NCBI GenBank assembly: GCA_950097015.1
Contig: CATNEN010000011.1
Span: 5,952,001-6,016,000 of the forward strand
Source of the DNA: Macrostomum hystrix
Taxonomy: Eukaryota; Animalia; Platyhelminthes
Length of the DNA: 64,000 nucleotides
Reading direction: 5' to 3'
The position numbers were made by a program, and so were the translations under genes. The number at the start of each line of letters is the position of its first letter. The stretch's first letter is position 1. The notes under the pieces were generated by a model. The model was not told the DNA's origin. It saw only the letters and a list, made by a program, of their open reading frames with translations, and made no database searches. Positions 39,271 through 54,200 of the stretch are shown here, one piece after another.

Positions 39271-39599
39271 TCGTTTTCAGCTTGAAGCTAATTGAACGCA
39301 TTTTTTTCTATGTAGCATAGCAATATTTATCTGGACCTGCTGCTACAAAACGTTAGTTTAAGTTTTTTGTCTTCTAATTAACCGAAAAATTCAATTCTGT
39401 GCGTGAATAAATTAATTGCTAGCTTTTATTTCCTAAAGTTTGTCAACTTTTTGAAGTTTTTGTGTCTGTAAAAATGCTATCAAATACAAAACTAGAATGG
39501 GTGTTCGTGAAATTAGATTTGTTATCAAGTCTAAGGTGACATGACTTGCTTTTTGAAATTTTTGTTGCTCTATAAAATTTGTCTGTTTTTTAAAGTGGC

Positions 39600-41600
39600 A
39601 TCTAGAAATCACAAAACAATTCCTTCTAGCTTCTAAGAAATCTTGAATCTCAAAACAATTCCTTCTGGATTCTAAGAAATCCTGAATCTCAAAACAATTC
39701 CTTCTAGATTCTAAGAAATCCTAAATCTCAAAACAATTCCTTCTAGATTCTAAGAAATCCTAAATCTCAAAACAATTCCTTCTGGATTCTAAGAAATCCT
39801 AAATCTCACAAGAATCCTTCTAGATTCTAAGAAATCTTGAATCTCACAAGAATCCCTCTAGATTCTAAGAAATCTTAAATCTCACAAGAATCCCTCTAGA
39901 TTCTAAGAAATCTTGAATCTCACAAGAATCCCTCTAGATTCTAAGAAATCCTAAATCTCACAAGAATCCTTCTAGATTCTAAGAAATCCTAAATCTCAAA
40001 ACAATTCCTTCTAGATTCTAAGAAATCCTAAATCTCAAAACAATTCCTTCTAGATTCTAAGAAATCCTAAATCTCAAAACAATTCCTTCTAGATTCTAAG
40101 AAATCCTAAATCTCAAAACAATTCCTTCTGGATTCTAAGAAATCCTAAATCTCAAAACAATTCCTTCTAGATTCTAAGAAATCTTGAATCTCACAAGAAT
40201 CCTTTTAGATTCTAAAAAATCTTGAATCTCACAAGAATCCCTCTAGATTCTAAGAAATCTTAAATCTCACAAGAATCCTTCTAGATTCTAAGAACTCTTG
40301 AATCTCACAAGAATCCCTCTAGATTCTAAGAAATCTTAAATCTCACAGGAATCCTTCTAGATTCTAAGAAATCCTAAATCTCACAAGAATCCCTCTAGAT
40401 TCTAAGAAATCCTAAATCTCACAAGAATCCTTCTAGATTCTAAGAAATCCTAAATCTCAAAACAATTCCTTCTAGATTCTAAGAAATCCTAAATCTCAAA
40501 ACAATTCCTTCTAGATTCTAAGAAATCCTAAATCTCAAAATAATTCCTTCTAGATTCTAAGAAATCCTAAATCTCAAAACAATTCCTTCTAGATTCTAAA
40601 AAATCCTAAATCTCAAAACAATTCCTTCTAGATTCTAAGAAATCCTAAATCTCAAAACAATTCCTTCTGGATTCTAAGAAATCCTAAATCTCAAAACAAT
40701 TCCTTCTAGATTCTAAGAAATCTTGAATCTCACAAGAATCCTTTTAGATTCTAAAAAATCTTGAATCTCACAAGAATCCCTCTAGATTTTAAGAAATCTT
40801 AAATCTCACAAGAATCCTTCTAGATTCTAAGAACTCTTGAATCTCACAAGAATCCCTCTAGATTCTAAGAAATCCTAAATCTCACAAGAATCCCTCTAGA
40901 TTCTAAGAAATCCTAAATCTCACAAGAATCCTTCTAGATTCTAAGAAATCCTAAATCTCAAAACAATTCCTTTTAGATTCTAAGAAATCCTAAATCTCAA
41001 AACAATTCCTTCTAGATTCTAAGAAATCCTAAATCTCAAAACAATTCCTTCTAGATTCTAAAAAATCCTAAATCTCAAAACAATTCCTTCTAGATTCTAA
41101 GAAATCCTAAATCTCAAAACAATTCCTTCTGGATTCTAAGAAATCCTAAATCTCAAAACAATTCCTTCTAGATTCTAAGAAATCTTGAATCTCACAAGAA
41201 TCCTTTTAGATTCTAAAAAATCTTGAATCTCACAAGAATCCCTCTAGATTTTAAGAAATCTTAAATCTCACAAGAATCCTTCTAGATTCTAAGAAATCTT
41301 AAATCTCACAAGAATCCCTCTAGATTCTAAGAAATCTTAAATCTCACAAGAATCCCTCTAGATTCTAAGAAATCTTAAATCTCACAAGAATCCCTCTAGA
41401 TTCTAAGAAATCTTAAATCTCACAAGAATCCTTCTAGATTCTAAGAAATCTCAAATCTCACAAGAATCCCTCTAGATTCTAAGAAATCTTGAATCTCACA
41501 AGAATCCGTCTAGATTCTAAGAAATCTTAAATCTCACTAGAATCCTTCTAGATTCTAAGAAATCTTGAATCTCACAAGAATCCTTCTAGATTCTAAGAAA
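39600..41600. repeat. 39-bp minisatellite, ~50 copies
   Basis: TCTCAAAACAATTCCTTCTAGATTCTAAGAAATCCTAAA unit and variants. Confidence 0.95.
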
Positions 41601-42344
41601 TAAAAAGATTTTCCGAGAGGTATTAGTATTCTATATTGTCACAAATTTCAATTTCCTTAAATAAGGCTTATTTGTTCTAAGAAATGTAATAATGTACAGT
41701 CTATGTTCTAATATATTTTCATTGAGATTAAATGAGAAGGATATATGTGGACAGCCAAGGTCGTAGCTGAGTTGCACTATGTCACCCACCCCAGTCCGGA
41801 GAATCACCCAGACCGAGTGTGCTCATATTGTTCTGAGCACTTTTCAGTTTGAGCCTTTCAAATCGTACAAATTTAGATTTTCTGCACAATAAAAACAGTC
41901 CGACATTCATTCGTCAGCTGCAGGTTTTGTGCGAATGTAAATAGCAGAAAACAGAGGTTTATTTCTGCTTAAAAGCTAATTATGAGTTCATTGTCTGGTC
42001 TAGCTATCCTTGCATTCCTGTTTCTATTAGTAGCATTTATTTATAAGCTTGTTTTCGTTGCTTTTAGATGCTTTTTAAGTTTTTCTTCTGCATTCGATTC
42101 ACAATACCCGGGCACTAGTGACCGTCGTGACAGCGAAGGTTGAGGCGAGGCAGGTATAGGAGCCAACTGGAGGTGAGATACAGGTGCAGTCAGGTAAAAA
42201 AACAACTGATTACCACCCACCCTAACTTAAAATGACATTTTTTCATTCATTAGCAAACTTATCGGACAAACAAGGTGACTCCTTGGCGTTAATGCTTTGC
42301 AGCACTGTATGGGAGCTGTTTTTGCTGTTTAGACTGACAGACCC

Positions 42345-43680
42345 ATCGAATGAGAGTCAGACAATCCAGAGCTGACAAAATGAGAGTCAGACAATCCACA
42401 ACTGACAAAATGAGAGTCAGACAATCCCAAACTGACAAAATGAGAGTCAGACAAGCCTTAAATGACAAAATGAGATTCAGACAAGCCTTAACTGACAAAA
42501 TGAGAGTCAGACAATCCAGAACTGACAAAATGAGAGTCAGACAATCCAGAACTGACAAAATGAGAGTCAGACAATCCTTAACTGACAAAATGAGAGTCAG
42601 ACAATCCTTAACTGACAAAATGAGAGTCAGACAATCCTTAACTGACAAAATGAGAGTCAGACAATCCTTAACTGACAAAATGAGAGTCAGACAATCCTTA
42701 ACTGACAAAATGCGAGTCAGACAATTCCCAACTAACAAAATGAGAGTCAGACAATTCCCAACTAACAAAATGAGAGTCAGACAATTCCCAACTGACAAAA
42801 TGCGAGTCAGACAATTCCCAACTAACAAAATGAGAGTCAGACAATTCTCAACTAACAAAATGAGAGTCAGACAATCCCCAACTGACAAAATGAGAGTCAA
42901 ACAATCCTTAACTGACAAAATGAGAGTCAGACAATTCTCAACTAACAAAATGAGAGTCAGACAATTCCCAACTGACAAAATGCGAGTCAGACAATTCCCA
43001 ACTAACAAAATGAGAGTCAGACAATCCCCAACTGACAAAATGAGAGTCAGACAATTCCCAACTGACAAAATGAGAGTCAGACAATTCCCAACTGACAAAA
43101 TAAGAGTCAGACAATTCCCAACTGACAAAATGAGAGTCAGACAATCCTTAAATGACAAAATGAGAGTCAAACAATCCTTAACTGACAAAATGAGAGTCAG
43201 AAAATCCTTAACTGACAAAATGAGAGTCAGACAATCCTTAACTGACAAAATGAGAGTCAAACAATCCTTAACTGACAAAATGAGAGTCAGAAAATCCTTA
43301 ACTGACAAAATGAGAGTCAGACAAGCCTTAACTGACAAAATGAGAGTCAAACAATCCTTAACTGACAAAATGAGAGTCAGAAAATCCTTAACTGACAAAA
43401 TGAGAGTCAGACAATCCTTAACTGACAAAATGAGAGTCAGACAATCCTTAACTGACAAAATGAGAGTCAGACAATCCTTAACTGACAAAATGAGAGTCAA
43501 ACAATCCTTAACTGACAAAATGAGAGTCAGAAAATCCTTAACTGACATAATGAGAGTCAGACAAGCCTTAACTGACAAAATGAGAGTCAGACAAGCCTTA
43601 ACTGACAAAATGAGAGTCAGACAATCCTTAACTGACAAAATGAGAGTCAGACAAGCCTTAAATGATAAAATGAACTCAGA
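42345..43680. repeat. 30-bp minisatellite (TGAGAGTCAGACAATCCTTAACTGACAAAA)
   Basis: Direct periodicity. Confidence 0.95.
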
Positions 43681-44158
43681 CAAGCCCAATATAAAACTGC
43701 AATGCATGCTACGCTGCACCCCGTGAACTCTCAGCAGCAGATATGAACTTTTGAGAACACAACCTCCCGAGTTCGCACTTTTAGTTTTCTCGATACAGAG
43801 CTGGCCAAGGCTGGAAGGAGATAGCATTATTAGAGATAGAGAGTGCAGCTGTGGAAAGAGAGAATAAACAGATAAGAAGTACAGAAGGCAGAACACCTGA
43901 ATTAATTTTTAAAATTGCGCGGCAGCCCCTAGGTATTGTGCGCCTGCAGGGCCTGCTGTTCTACTTTGCCCTACAAATGTCTGCTTACCTGCCTGTTGCT
44001 TCCGTTACCATGCAAGCCCGCGTTATCTCCTCAAGCCAGCCCCTCACCTCCTGCTGCTTAATTCAATCGTTCTCTAACCCGCATGCTTTGAACTGGCATG
44101 TGTGTCTTTTTGGAAAAGTGCAATAATTCCCCTCTGCACCCGTGCATTCCCTCATTGA

Positions 44159-45465
<1,307 letters not shown>

Positions 45466-45514
45466 GACTTTGTAAATTTGAATCTCTGAAGCGCGATAAT
45501 AACTGAATGAAAAC

Positions 45515-45650
45515 TGATTGGCCCCGTCTACACAACGAGATGCGTATCAGAGGAGGTCAGAGCAGAGCTGGGTTCTCCAGCACTCAGGCGGGGGAGGGGT
45601 GGGTGGCTGAGCAGTACGGTAACACTGAGCCCCCGTCTGACTATAAAAAT
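45515..45650 (+). promoter_or_regulatory. Putative core promoter of the SDR gene (inverted CCAAT box and TATA box)
   Basis: GATTGG at ~45517 and TATAAAAA at 45642-45649, about 85 bp upstream of ATG 45729. Motif match only. Confidence 0.4.
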
Positions 45651-45728
45651 AGCCCAAGAAACCAGACTCTTGTTGTTCCTTATTTTCTGTCCTCGGAAAC
45701 CGAAACTTCAAAAAAGAAAATTACGGAA

Positions 45729-48700
45729 ATGTCTCTCATTGTGAAAGGCTTGACCGGCGGTCTAGTCCTACTGGTGCTGTCCAACCTGCTGCTGAAGTTT
45801 GTCCTGTACGACCTGGCCATGGTCACCTGGCACCCAGCAACGAAGGCTAACACGGCCGGCAAGCGAGTGCTCATCACCGGTTCGAGTCGCGGCATCGGCG
45901 AGGCTCTGGCCCTGCTGTACTCTGAGCTTGGCGCCCAGGTCACCCTGCACTCCAGGTACAATGGCACGGTTCAGAAGGTGAGCTGCAATCTATTTGATTT
46001 TATCCAGCTGAAACCTCACCGTTAGATTGGACATTAGCTAGATTATTGCGAAATCTCGTTCGGTTTTTCATGATTGCAAAATAGATCTCACCCATGAGAT
46101 CTCACCCATGAGATTTTTGTGTCTGTCAGAATCTGACCAATCTGATTTTTATGATTGCAAAATCTCACCCATGAGATCTCACCCATGAGATTTTTGTGTC
46201 TGTCAGAATCTGACCAATCTGATTTTTATGATTGCAAAATCTCACCCATGAGATCTCACCCATGAGATTTTTGTGTCTGTCAGAATCTGACCAATCCGAT
46301 TTTTATGATTGCAAAATCTCACCCATGAGATCTCACCCATGAGATTTTTGTGTCTGTCAGAATCTGACCAATCTGATTTTTATGATTGCAAAATCTCACC
46401 CATGAGATCTCACCCATGAGATTTTTGTGTCTGTCAGAATCTGACCAATCCGATTTTTATGATTGCAAAATCTCACCCATGAGATCTCACCCATGAGATT
46501 TTTGTGTCTGTCAGAATCTGACCAATCAGATTTTTATGATTGCTAAATCTCACCCATGAGATCTCACCCATGAGATCTCACCCATGAGATTTTTGTTTCT
46601 GTCAGAATCTGACCATTCAGATTTTTTATGATTGCAAAATCTCACCCATGAGATCTCACCCATGAGATTTTTGTGTCTGTCAGAATCTGACCAATCTGAT
46701 TTTTATGATTGCTAAATCTCACCCATGAGATCTCACCCATGAGATCTCACCCATGAGATTTTTGTTTCTGTCAGAATCTGACCATTCAGATTTTTTATGA
46801 TTGCAAAATCTCACCCTTGAGATCTCACCCATGAGATTTTTGTGTCTGCCAAATCTCACCAATGAGATTTTTTACGGTTGCGAAATCTTACCCATGAGAT
46901 TTTTTATGGCAAAATCTCACACTAAAATTTTTCTTGTGAGAGAATCTCATCGCCAGACTCTTCATGATTTCAAAATCTCATCGCCAGACTCTTCATGATT
47001 TCAAAATCTCATCGACAGACTCTTCGTGATTTCAAAATCTCATTGCCAGACTCTTCATGATTTCAAAATCTCATCGCTAGACTCTTCATGATTTCAAAAT
47101 CTCATCGCTAGACTCTTCATGATTTCAAAATCTCATCGACAGACTCTTCATGATTTCAAAATCTCATCGCTAGACTCTTCATGATTTCAAAATCTCATCG
47201 ACAGACTCTTCATGATTTCAAAATCTCATCGCCAGACTCTTCATGATTTCAAAATCTCATCGCTAGACTCTTCATGATTTCAAAATCTCATCGCCAGACT
47301 CTTCATGATTTCAAAATCCCATCGCCAGACTCTTCGTGATTTCAAAATCCCATCGCCAGACTCTTCATGATTTCAAAACCTCACTTTTTTACTTTTCGCA
47401 AGTACAAAATGTCACCGTTAAATTTTTTGTGAATGCAAAACTATCTTGTATTCATCCGACAAAAAATGTCCATTCGGTAGATTGACAACCTACAATGCTC
47501 TCTAGACCCCAGCTAGAATAGAGTGGGCTGAATCCTATTCGCTTGTATGAATGAATGGACTTTTATGCCCGGGAAACAATGCCGCTTATTTATTATTAGT
47601 GCATTGGTCTTTGCTGTCCGCCCGCCCTCTCTCCGTCTCTCCAACCTGAGTCCAACCTGAGTCCAACCTGAGTCCTGCCGCCATCTCAGCCTCTCTGGGG
47701 CCGTTGCAGACAATTTAGAAATCAACAATGCTAACTGCTTGATAATTGCTTCTTATAATCTTCTCTGCTTTCAAAGCAGGTTGGTTCTAACACTCTGAGT
47801 TTGCTCTATCACGCCATTCTTTCATTTTTTATTTTCTTTTATACCGGTGTCTTTTGTAAATAAGCGTGCGATAGAAAGAAGCAGGAAGAAATATTCTAAG
47901 AAAAAATATTTTATGTGACGAACGAGAATGCGATTCTAAAAAGCTAGTGAATTATTCTAAGAATGTTATAAGAATCAAATGAAAGATGATTAAGAAAATA
48001 ATGAGAAAAAAAGACATTTAATCAGCTTAAACATATTTAAGTACGTAACGTAACGTGAACTTGATTCTAAGAAACAAATAGACGATTCTTATAAAAACTA
48101 TACGATTCTGAGAAACAATCAGACGATTATGAGAAACAAGCAACCTTGTTTCTCAAATTTCTCAAAAGTTGTTAATTCTAAGAAAACAAATGAAAGGTTC
48201 TAGAAAAAATGTTAAGAGAATTGACGAGTTGATTTTGAAGAAGGCAGTTTTTAGCGATCAATCTGTAATTCTGTAATGAAATAGTAGATATCTACATTAC
48301 TTGTTGAACTGTGAGCCTTAAAAAGATAGATAAAAATAGGAGCTCCATATTAAAACAGCAAAGACAATAAGCCAATCGAAGAAGCAGCATAACAGAAAAA
48401 AATGTGCGACCCCATGCAGTGAAGTGGGCTGTCAAGTACAGCCACCCCCGGTGTGGGCGTCACGGCCCGTTGTTGATGCCCTTGTTTGTCAGTTGGTCGC
48501 CAGAAGAACCTCTCTCCCTCTCTCTCACCGCCTATCTAAATGTTTACTATCAGTGTCACCTGTGCTCTTAGGTAGTAACAGAGGTTATTCCTGATTTAAC
48601 TAACTCAATTCCGCGCTAAATACTGCGCGCCACGGCATTATAATTATTAATATATGGCCTACACAATGACCCACCATGACCCACCCACCATGACCCACCA

Positions 48701-50133
48701 TGACCCACCCATCATGACCCACCCACCGTGACCCACCATGACCCACCATGACCCACCTACTATGACCCATCATGACCCACCCACCGTGACCCACCATGAC
48801 CCACCATGACCCACCCACTATGACCCATAATGACCCACCCGCTATAACCCACCATGACCCACCATGACCCACCCACTACGACCCATCATGACCCACCCAC
48901 TATGACCCAACATGACCTACCCGCTATGACCAACCATAACCCATCCGCAATGACACAACGATCATGACCCACTCACTATGAGCCATCATGACCTTCCCAA
49001 CCCTCGATGACCCATCATGAACCACTATGACCCATAATCCCATGCACTAAACAATGCTCAGCCTCCAATCCCAAGGACAGCTATTCTCCCCTGAAAGATT
49101 CCACACCAATGAATAACCAGGTGGCTAGCGAGTGTCGCAGCCGAGGATCTCCCGCCGTCCACTGCGTCCTCGGCGACATGTCCGAGCCGGACTCGGCAGC
49201 CAGAGTCGTCCGCTCAGCCGCCGAGCTGATGGGCGGCCTGGACATTGTGGTGGTGAATCACGCCGATTCGGGACCCTTCGAGACCCTCGCCAGATCCTTC
49301 AGCGGCGTCACCGCCTCGCCGGAGCGTCTCCAGACTGGCCTGCGGACCAACCTGCTGAGCTACATCGAGGCCTCGATGACAGCCCTGCCCTACCTGGAGA
49401 ACAGCAACGGCAGCCTCATCCTGGTGTCCTCCATCATCACCCGGCTGCCGCTGCCCTACTGCTTCGACTATTGCTTCGCCAAGCGGGCCATGGAAGGCTT
49501 TCTGAGCTCGCTGAGACAGGAGCTCGCCATGAACGGCTCGACGGTGCACGCCGGCTTGGTGGTGCCCGGCGTGGTGGACACCCAGCTGGCTAGAAAAGTC
49601 ATGGCGTAAGTCTAGCCGTGCATGCGCACTACAGACTACTTTTAGTTAGATTGCAGACCTTCAGTGAGTAGTGCGGTGTGGATTAGTTAACAATGGGAAT
49701 AACAAAGCTCTGATAGGTTGTAAGGTTCTGAGATTCTATAGGATTCTAATATTATTATATTACAATAGTCCAATATTATAATATTATAAGGTTCTAATAT
49801 TCTAGTATTCTAATATTCTAACATTCTTATATTCTAATATTTTAAGATTTTAATATTCTAGTATTCTAACATTCTAACATTCTAATATTTTAAGATTCTA
49901 ATATTCTAAACGACGTCTTCAACTACATTTTAATGAAAAATTTCAGCAACGCCCTCGAGTACGAGGCTAAAGTGCAGTACACCTCGCCGCTGACCATCGC
50001 TCGCGACATCGCCTCGATGCCGGTGGCCAGGAACCGGGAGATTGTGAGTCCGTGGACAATGCGACTGCCAACCCTGATTGGCAGCTGGGCGCCCGAGATG
50101 ATTGAGGACAAAATGAGATATACTGTGAGATAA
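45729..50133 (+). CDS. Short-chain dehydrogenase/reductase, 11beta-hydroxysteroid dehydrogenase 1-like (~306 aa, 3 exons)
   Basis: Phase-consistent exons 45729-45977, 49121-49605 and 49947-50133. N-terminal hydrophobic anchor, TGSSRGIG, GGLDIVVVNHA, catalytic S (LVSS) and YCFAK. Confidence 0.85.
46085..47380. repeat. SDR intron 1: 77-bp array followed by 31-bp array
   Basis: ATCTCACCCATGAG-containing 77-mer (46085-46900) and CATGATTTCAAAATCTCATCGCCAGACTCTT (46950-47380). Confidence 0.9.
48665..49040. repeat. ATGACCCACC-type degenerate repeat
   Basis: Direct inspection. Confidence 0.9.
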
Positions 50134-50429
50134 GCTGTTGCTAGCTAGGCCAGAATTAGGAATTGCGTGAAGCAAGGAAACTGTCAACTTTTTAAATAAT
50201 TTTTTTCTAAAATACTACTCATAGAACTGGCCACTTCTTAAGTAGTATCAACTGTACACTTTTTGCTACCTTATTCCTACGATTATGCAAATTTTCAAAT
50301 TTAACATGCTAAATTAACATGTAATTACAGCTTTGTCTATTCTTTATTAACTGTATCAGTTGTAGCTAGAACTGTTTATTAGCACTGTTAACCTCTTCCC
50401 TTCGTCCGAAAATTCTCGCCTCTCTACCC

Positions 50430-50640
50430 CTCCGCAATTCCCCAATTCTCACCTCTCTACCCCTCCGCAGTTCCCCAATTCTCACCTCTCTACCCCTCCG
50501 CAGTTCCCCAATTCTCACCTCTCTACCCCTCCGCAGTTCCCCAATTCTCACCTCTCTACCCCTATGCAGCTCCCCAATTCTCACCTCTCTACCCCTCCGC
50601 AGTTCCCGAATTCTCACCTATCTGCCCCAACGAAGTCCCC
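50430..50640. repeat. 33-bp minisatellite
   Basis: CCCCAATTCTCACCTCTCTACCCCTCCGCAGTT unit. Confidence 0.9.
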
Positions 50641-51283
50641 CAATTCTTACATTTTTATCTCTATTATGGTATCTTTTATTTCCATTGTTTTTTCTTTGGT
50701 TTCCAGCAAACAAAAATGTGTCCATATCCTGATATCACTAATCTGTGAATTTCTCCAGTTTTTCCAGGTCTAGCAGATCAATTAAAAAAAAGAAGCAGTT
50801 TTTTGCTTTTTTAGTTGATTTATTATAAAACAATGGCTTCATCCTAATCTAGTTTTTGTATTTATGTAAAATTTCTATTTATCAATAATTAAACTCGAAC
50901 AAAGACTCACCATTAATTGAATAAATCTAATCGATTCAAACTGTATCGTCCTTTTTTGTAAAAAAATTGTTTATAAAATTTTCCATTCTTTTCAGACCTT
51001 AACTACGAATAAAACATGTAATAATGCGCAAATTTAGAGCAATATATGCAAATTGTCCTACTTAGTTAAAGTAGCATGACGCAGAAAATTAGCTGAATTT
51101 ATAGAAAATACAACTAAAAAGAAAACAACCAGATTTGAGGAAATTATAAATTGTGATTAAAACAGAAAACAAGAATCTAAATTTACTTTGAAGAACTTTT
51201 TATAGACATTTGCGATTTCAGTGCAGTGGGGTTCAGATCTCTGTTGCAATATGAAAAATCAGCTGGGATGTCACAGACAATGG

Positions 51284-54200
51284 TCACCGTCGGTCCCTGA
51301 ATATCTGGCGGAGAAGCCGCTCGATGCTCGTCAGACTCTCGGTGGTGGCCGCCTCCATGCTGAGCAGGCGAGTCTCCATTTCTGCCATGCGGCTGTCTGG
51401 CGAAGGTCCAGAACGCTCCTCCGACCGACGCCGCTCTTCTTGCCGGCGCTTCTTGCTCGACTTGCGCTTCGGCGGAGCCGGCGGTGGCTCCACTGCGGCG
51501 ACTGTGGTGGCCTCGGCTGTCGCGGCTTGCGGCTGCTGATGCGGCTCTGTTGGAGGCTGCACCGGCTGCATGATGGGGATTTCCTGGGAAGGCGAATAAC
51601 GTTTTTTTCTAAGAAACTGCTTAACCCAATGCTCAACGCTGTCGTTCATGGACACTGCCTAGCCTCTCCTCAATGCCCATTGGCTGCAGTCAAACCCCTT
51701 GCTTAACTCTAATTGGTTGCTGCCAAACTCTCCGTCTTAAAGCCAATTGGCTACTTCCAAACCCTCCACCTTAACTCCCATTGGCTACTTCCAAACCCTC
51801 CACCTTAACTCCAATTGGCTATTTCCAAACTCTCCACCTTAACTCCCATTGGCTATTTCCAAACTCTCCACCTTAACTCCCATTGGCTATTTCCAAACTC
51901 TCCACCTTAACTCCCATTGGCTACTTCCAATCCCTCCACCTTAAAGCCCATTGGCTACTTCCAATCCCTCCACCCTAAAGCCCATTGGCTGCTAAATCAA
52001 GCGCTGATTCTTCTCAACACGCAACGGGGGATCTAAAACTCAGTCAGTTACTCACCGGAACAACCTTCATCTTTAGTGGTGCCTCCGAATCTGCTTCCGT
52101 CACGGCTTGGTTCTCCCTCGCTGTCCCCGGCTTCTTGCAGTCCTCGTCGGGCCGGTGGCCGTGGCCGTGGTGCAACTCGTCCTCGAAGCGTTCGTCGATT
52201 CGGTCGCAGATTTTGTACAGGTCGTCTAGCCTGCAGATGGACAGCGGAGAGTGCGACGAATGCGACTAAATTTCGATTCTGAGAATTGCGTAAATCTTTA
52301 CACGTGTTCCTGTTACCATGGTTGCAACTTCAAAGCTAAAAAAATAAAGCTGTATAACAAAAGTTATTAGCGACCTTTTAAAAAGTAAACAAAAAAAACT
52401 TTTTTATTATAACAAGACAGATTTTAGACACCTGTTAGATACCTGTTAGTCATCTGTTAGACAGGGAGTGTCACCTGTTAGACAGGGAGTGTCACCTGTT
52501 AGACAGTGAGTGTCACCTGTTAGACAGGGAGTGTCACCTGTTAGACAGAGAGTGTCACCTGTTAGACAGGGAGTGTCACCTGTTAGACAGGGAGTGTCAC
52601 CTGTTAGACAGGGAGTGTCACCTGTTAGACAGGGAGTGTCACCTGTTAGACAGGGAGTGTCACCTGTTAGACAGGGAGTGTCACCTGTTAGACAGTGAGT
52701 GTCACCTGTTAGACAGGGAGTGTCACCTGTTAGACAGAGAGTGTCACCTGTTAGACAGAGAGTGTCACCTGTTAGACAGAGAGTGTCACCTGTTAGACAG
52801 GGAATGTCACCTGTTAGACAGAGAGTGTCACCTGTTAGACAGGGAGTGTCACCTGTTAGACAGTGAGTGTCACCTGTTAGACAGGGAGTGTCACCTGTTA
52901 GACAGAGAGTGTCACCTGTTAGACAGAGAGTGTCACCTGTTAGACAGAGAGTGTCACCTGTTAGACAGGGAATGTCACCTGTTAGACAGAGAGTGTCACC
53001 TGTTAGACAGAGAGTGTCACCTGTTAGACAGGGAATGTCCCCTGTTAGACAGAGAGTGTCACCTGTTAGACAGGGAGTGTCACCTGTTAGACAGAGAGTG
53101 TCACCTGTTAGACAGGGAATGTCACCTGTTAGACAGAGAGTGTCACCTGTTAGACAGAGAGTGTCACCTGTTAGACAGAGAGTGTCACCTGTTAGACAGG
53201 GAGTGTCACCTGTTAGACAGAGAGTGTCACCTGTTAGACAGGGAGTGTCACCTGTTAGACAGAGAGTGTCACCTGTTAGACAGAGAGTGTCACCTGTTAG
53301 ACAGAGAGTGTCACCTGTTAGACAGAGAGTGTCACCTCTTAGATATTGTTAGATTGTTATCTAATCAAGTGTGGCGCAAGGCTTGTTAAGTTAAAAGGCG
53401 CAGAATTCAAATTTTTAGCCACAGTCGTTGCCATAGCAACCAACCCGTCGCTAATGCCCATCATTCTGTTGCCAATCTGGGAGCGAAAGTCTTCCTCCTG
53501 ACGGCGGTGGACAAGGATCAGGCAGTGGGAGGCAAAGTTGCGCAATTCGTCGCCGCTCAGCTTGTCTGGCTCGTCTGCCGGTGTGTTTCGTTTTAAACAA
53601 GTTGTCAATTTTGTTTTAATTGTAATTTTGTCCTAATTCAAATGAATTTTTGCGACTAGATATTAAATGCTAAAAATAACTCGCATGTTGAAAGGTAAAC
53701 AAATACTTTATAATCTAGTAACGCTTTGATTAACACACACAAATAAATTAAAATAGAGCAAATAAAATACCAAGATCACTAGATAGAAAACTTAGATAGC
53801 TATAAAAACAGTGGAGTGCTGAATTGAAAAATTGTAGTGTAACTACGAGTAGAATAAGAAAAAATGTGAAAGCCAATCATTAGAATTCAACTCTTCGATA
53901 GAATTAACGTAAATCCTTCAAGACTATTCAGTAGCACATTAATCCACAAAAACCATTCTGTAGGATTAACGATAATAACCCCAACACCCTTCAGCAGGAT
54001 TAGCGATAATCCTTAAACACAATTCGGAAGGATTAACTTTAATTCTCCAACCCCTTCTGTAGAATTATTCCTTCAACACCGTCAGTAGGATTAACATTAA
54101 TTCTTCAACACCCTCTGTAGGATTAACATTAATCCTTCAACACCGTCAGTAGGATTAACATTAATCCTTCAACACCCTCTGTAGGATTAACATTAATCCT

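Noticed and set aside
41747-41855. 35-codon ORF ending RVCSYCSEHFSV, reminiscent of a THAP CSxHF motif
   Set aside because: Too short, and lacks the rest of the THAP signature.
43700-44060. Minus-strand GC-rich blocks with a donor (CAG|GTAAGC at 43989; peptide QEVRGWLEEITRACMVTEATG)
   Set aside because: I could not chain them into a phase-consistent gene or recognise a domain.
47620-47700. (CCAACCTGAGT)x3 in a GC-rich patch, possibly a LINE 3' remnant
   Set aside because: No adjacent reverse-transcriptase similarity or TSD is visible.
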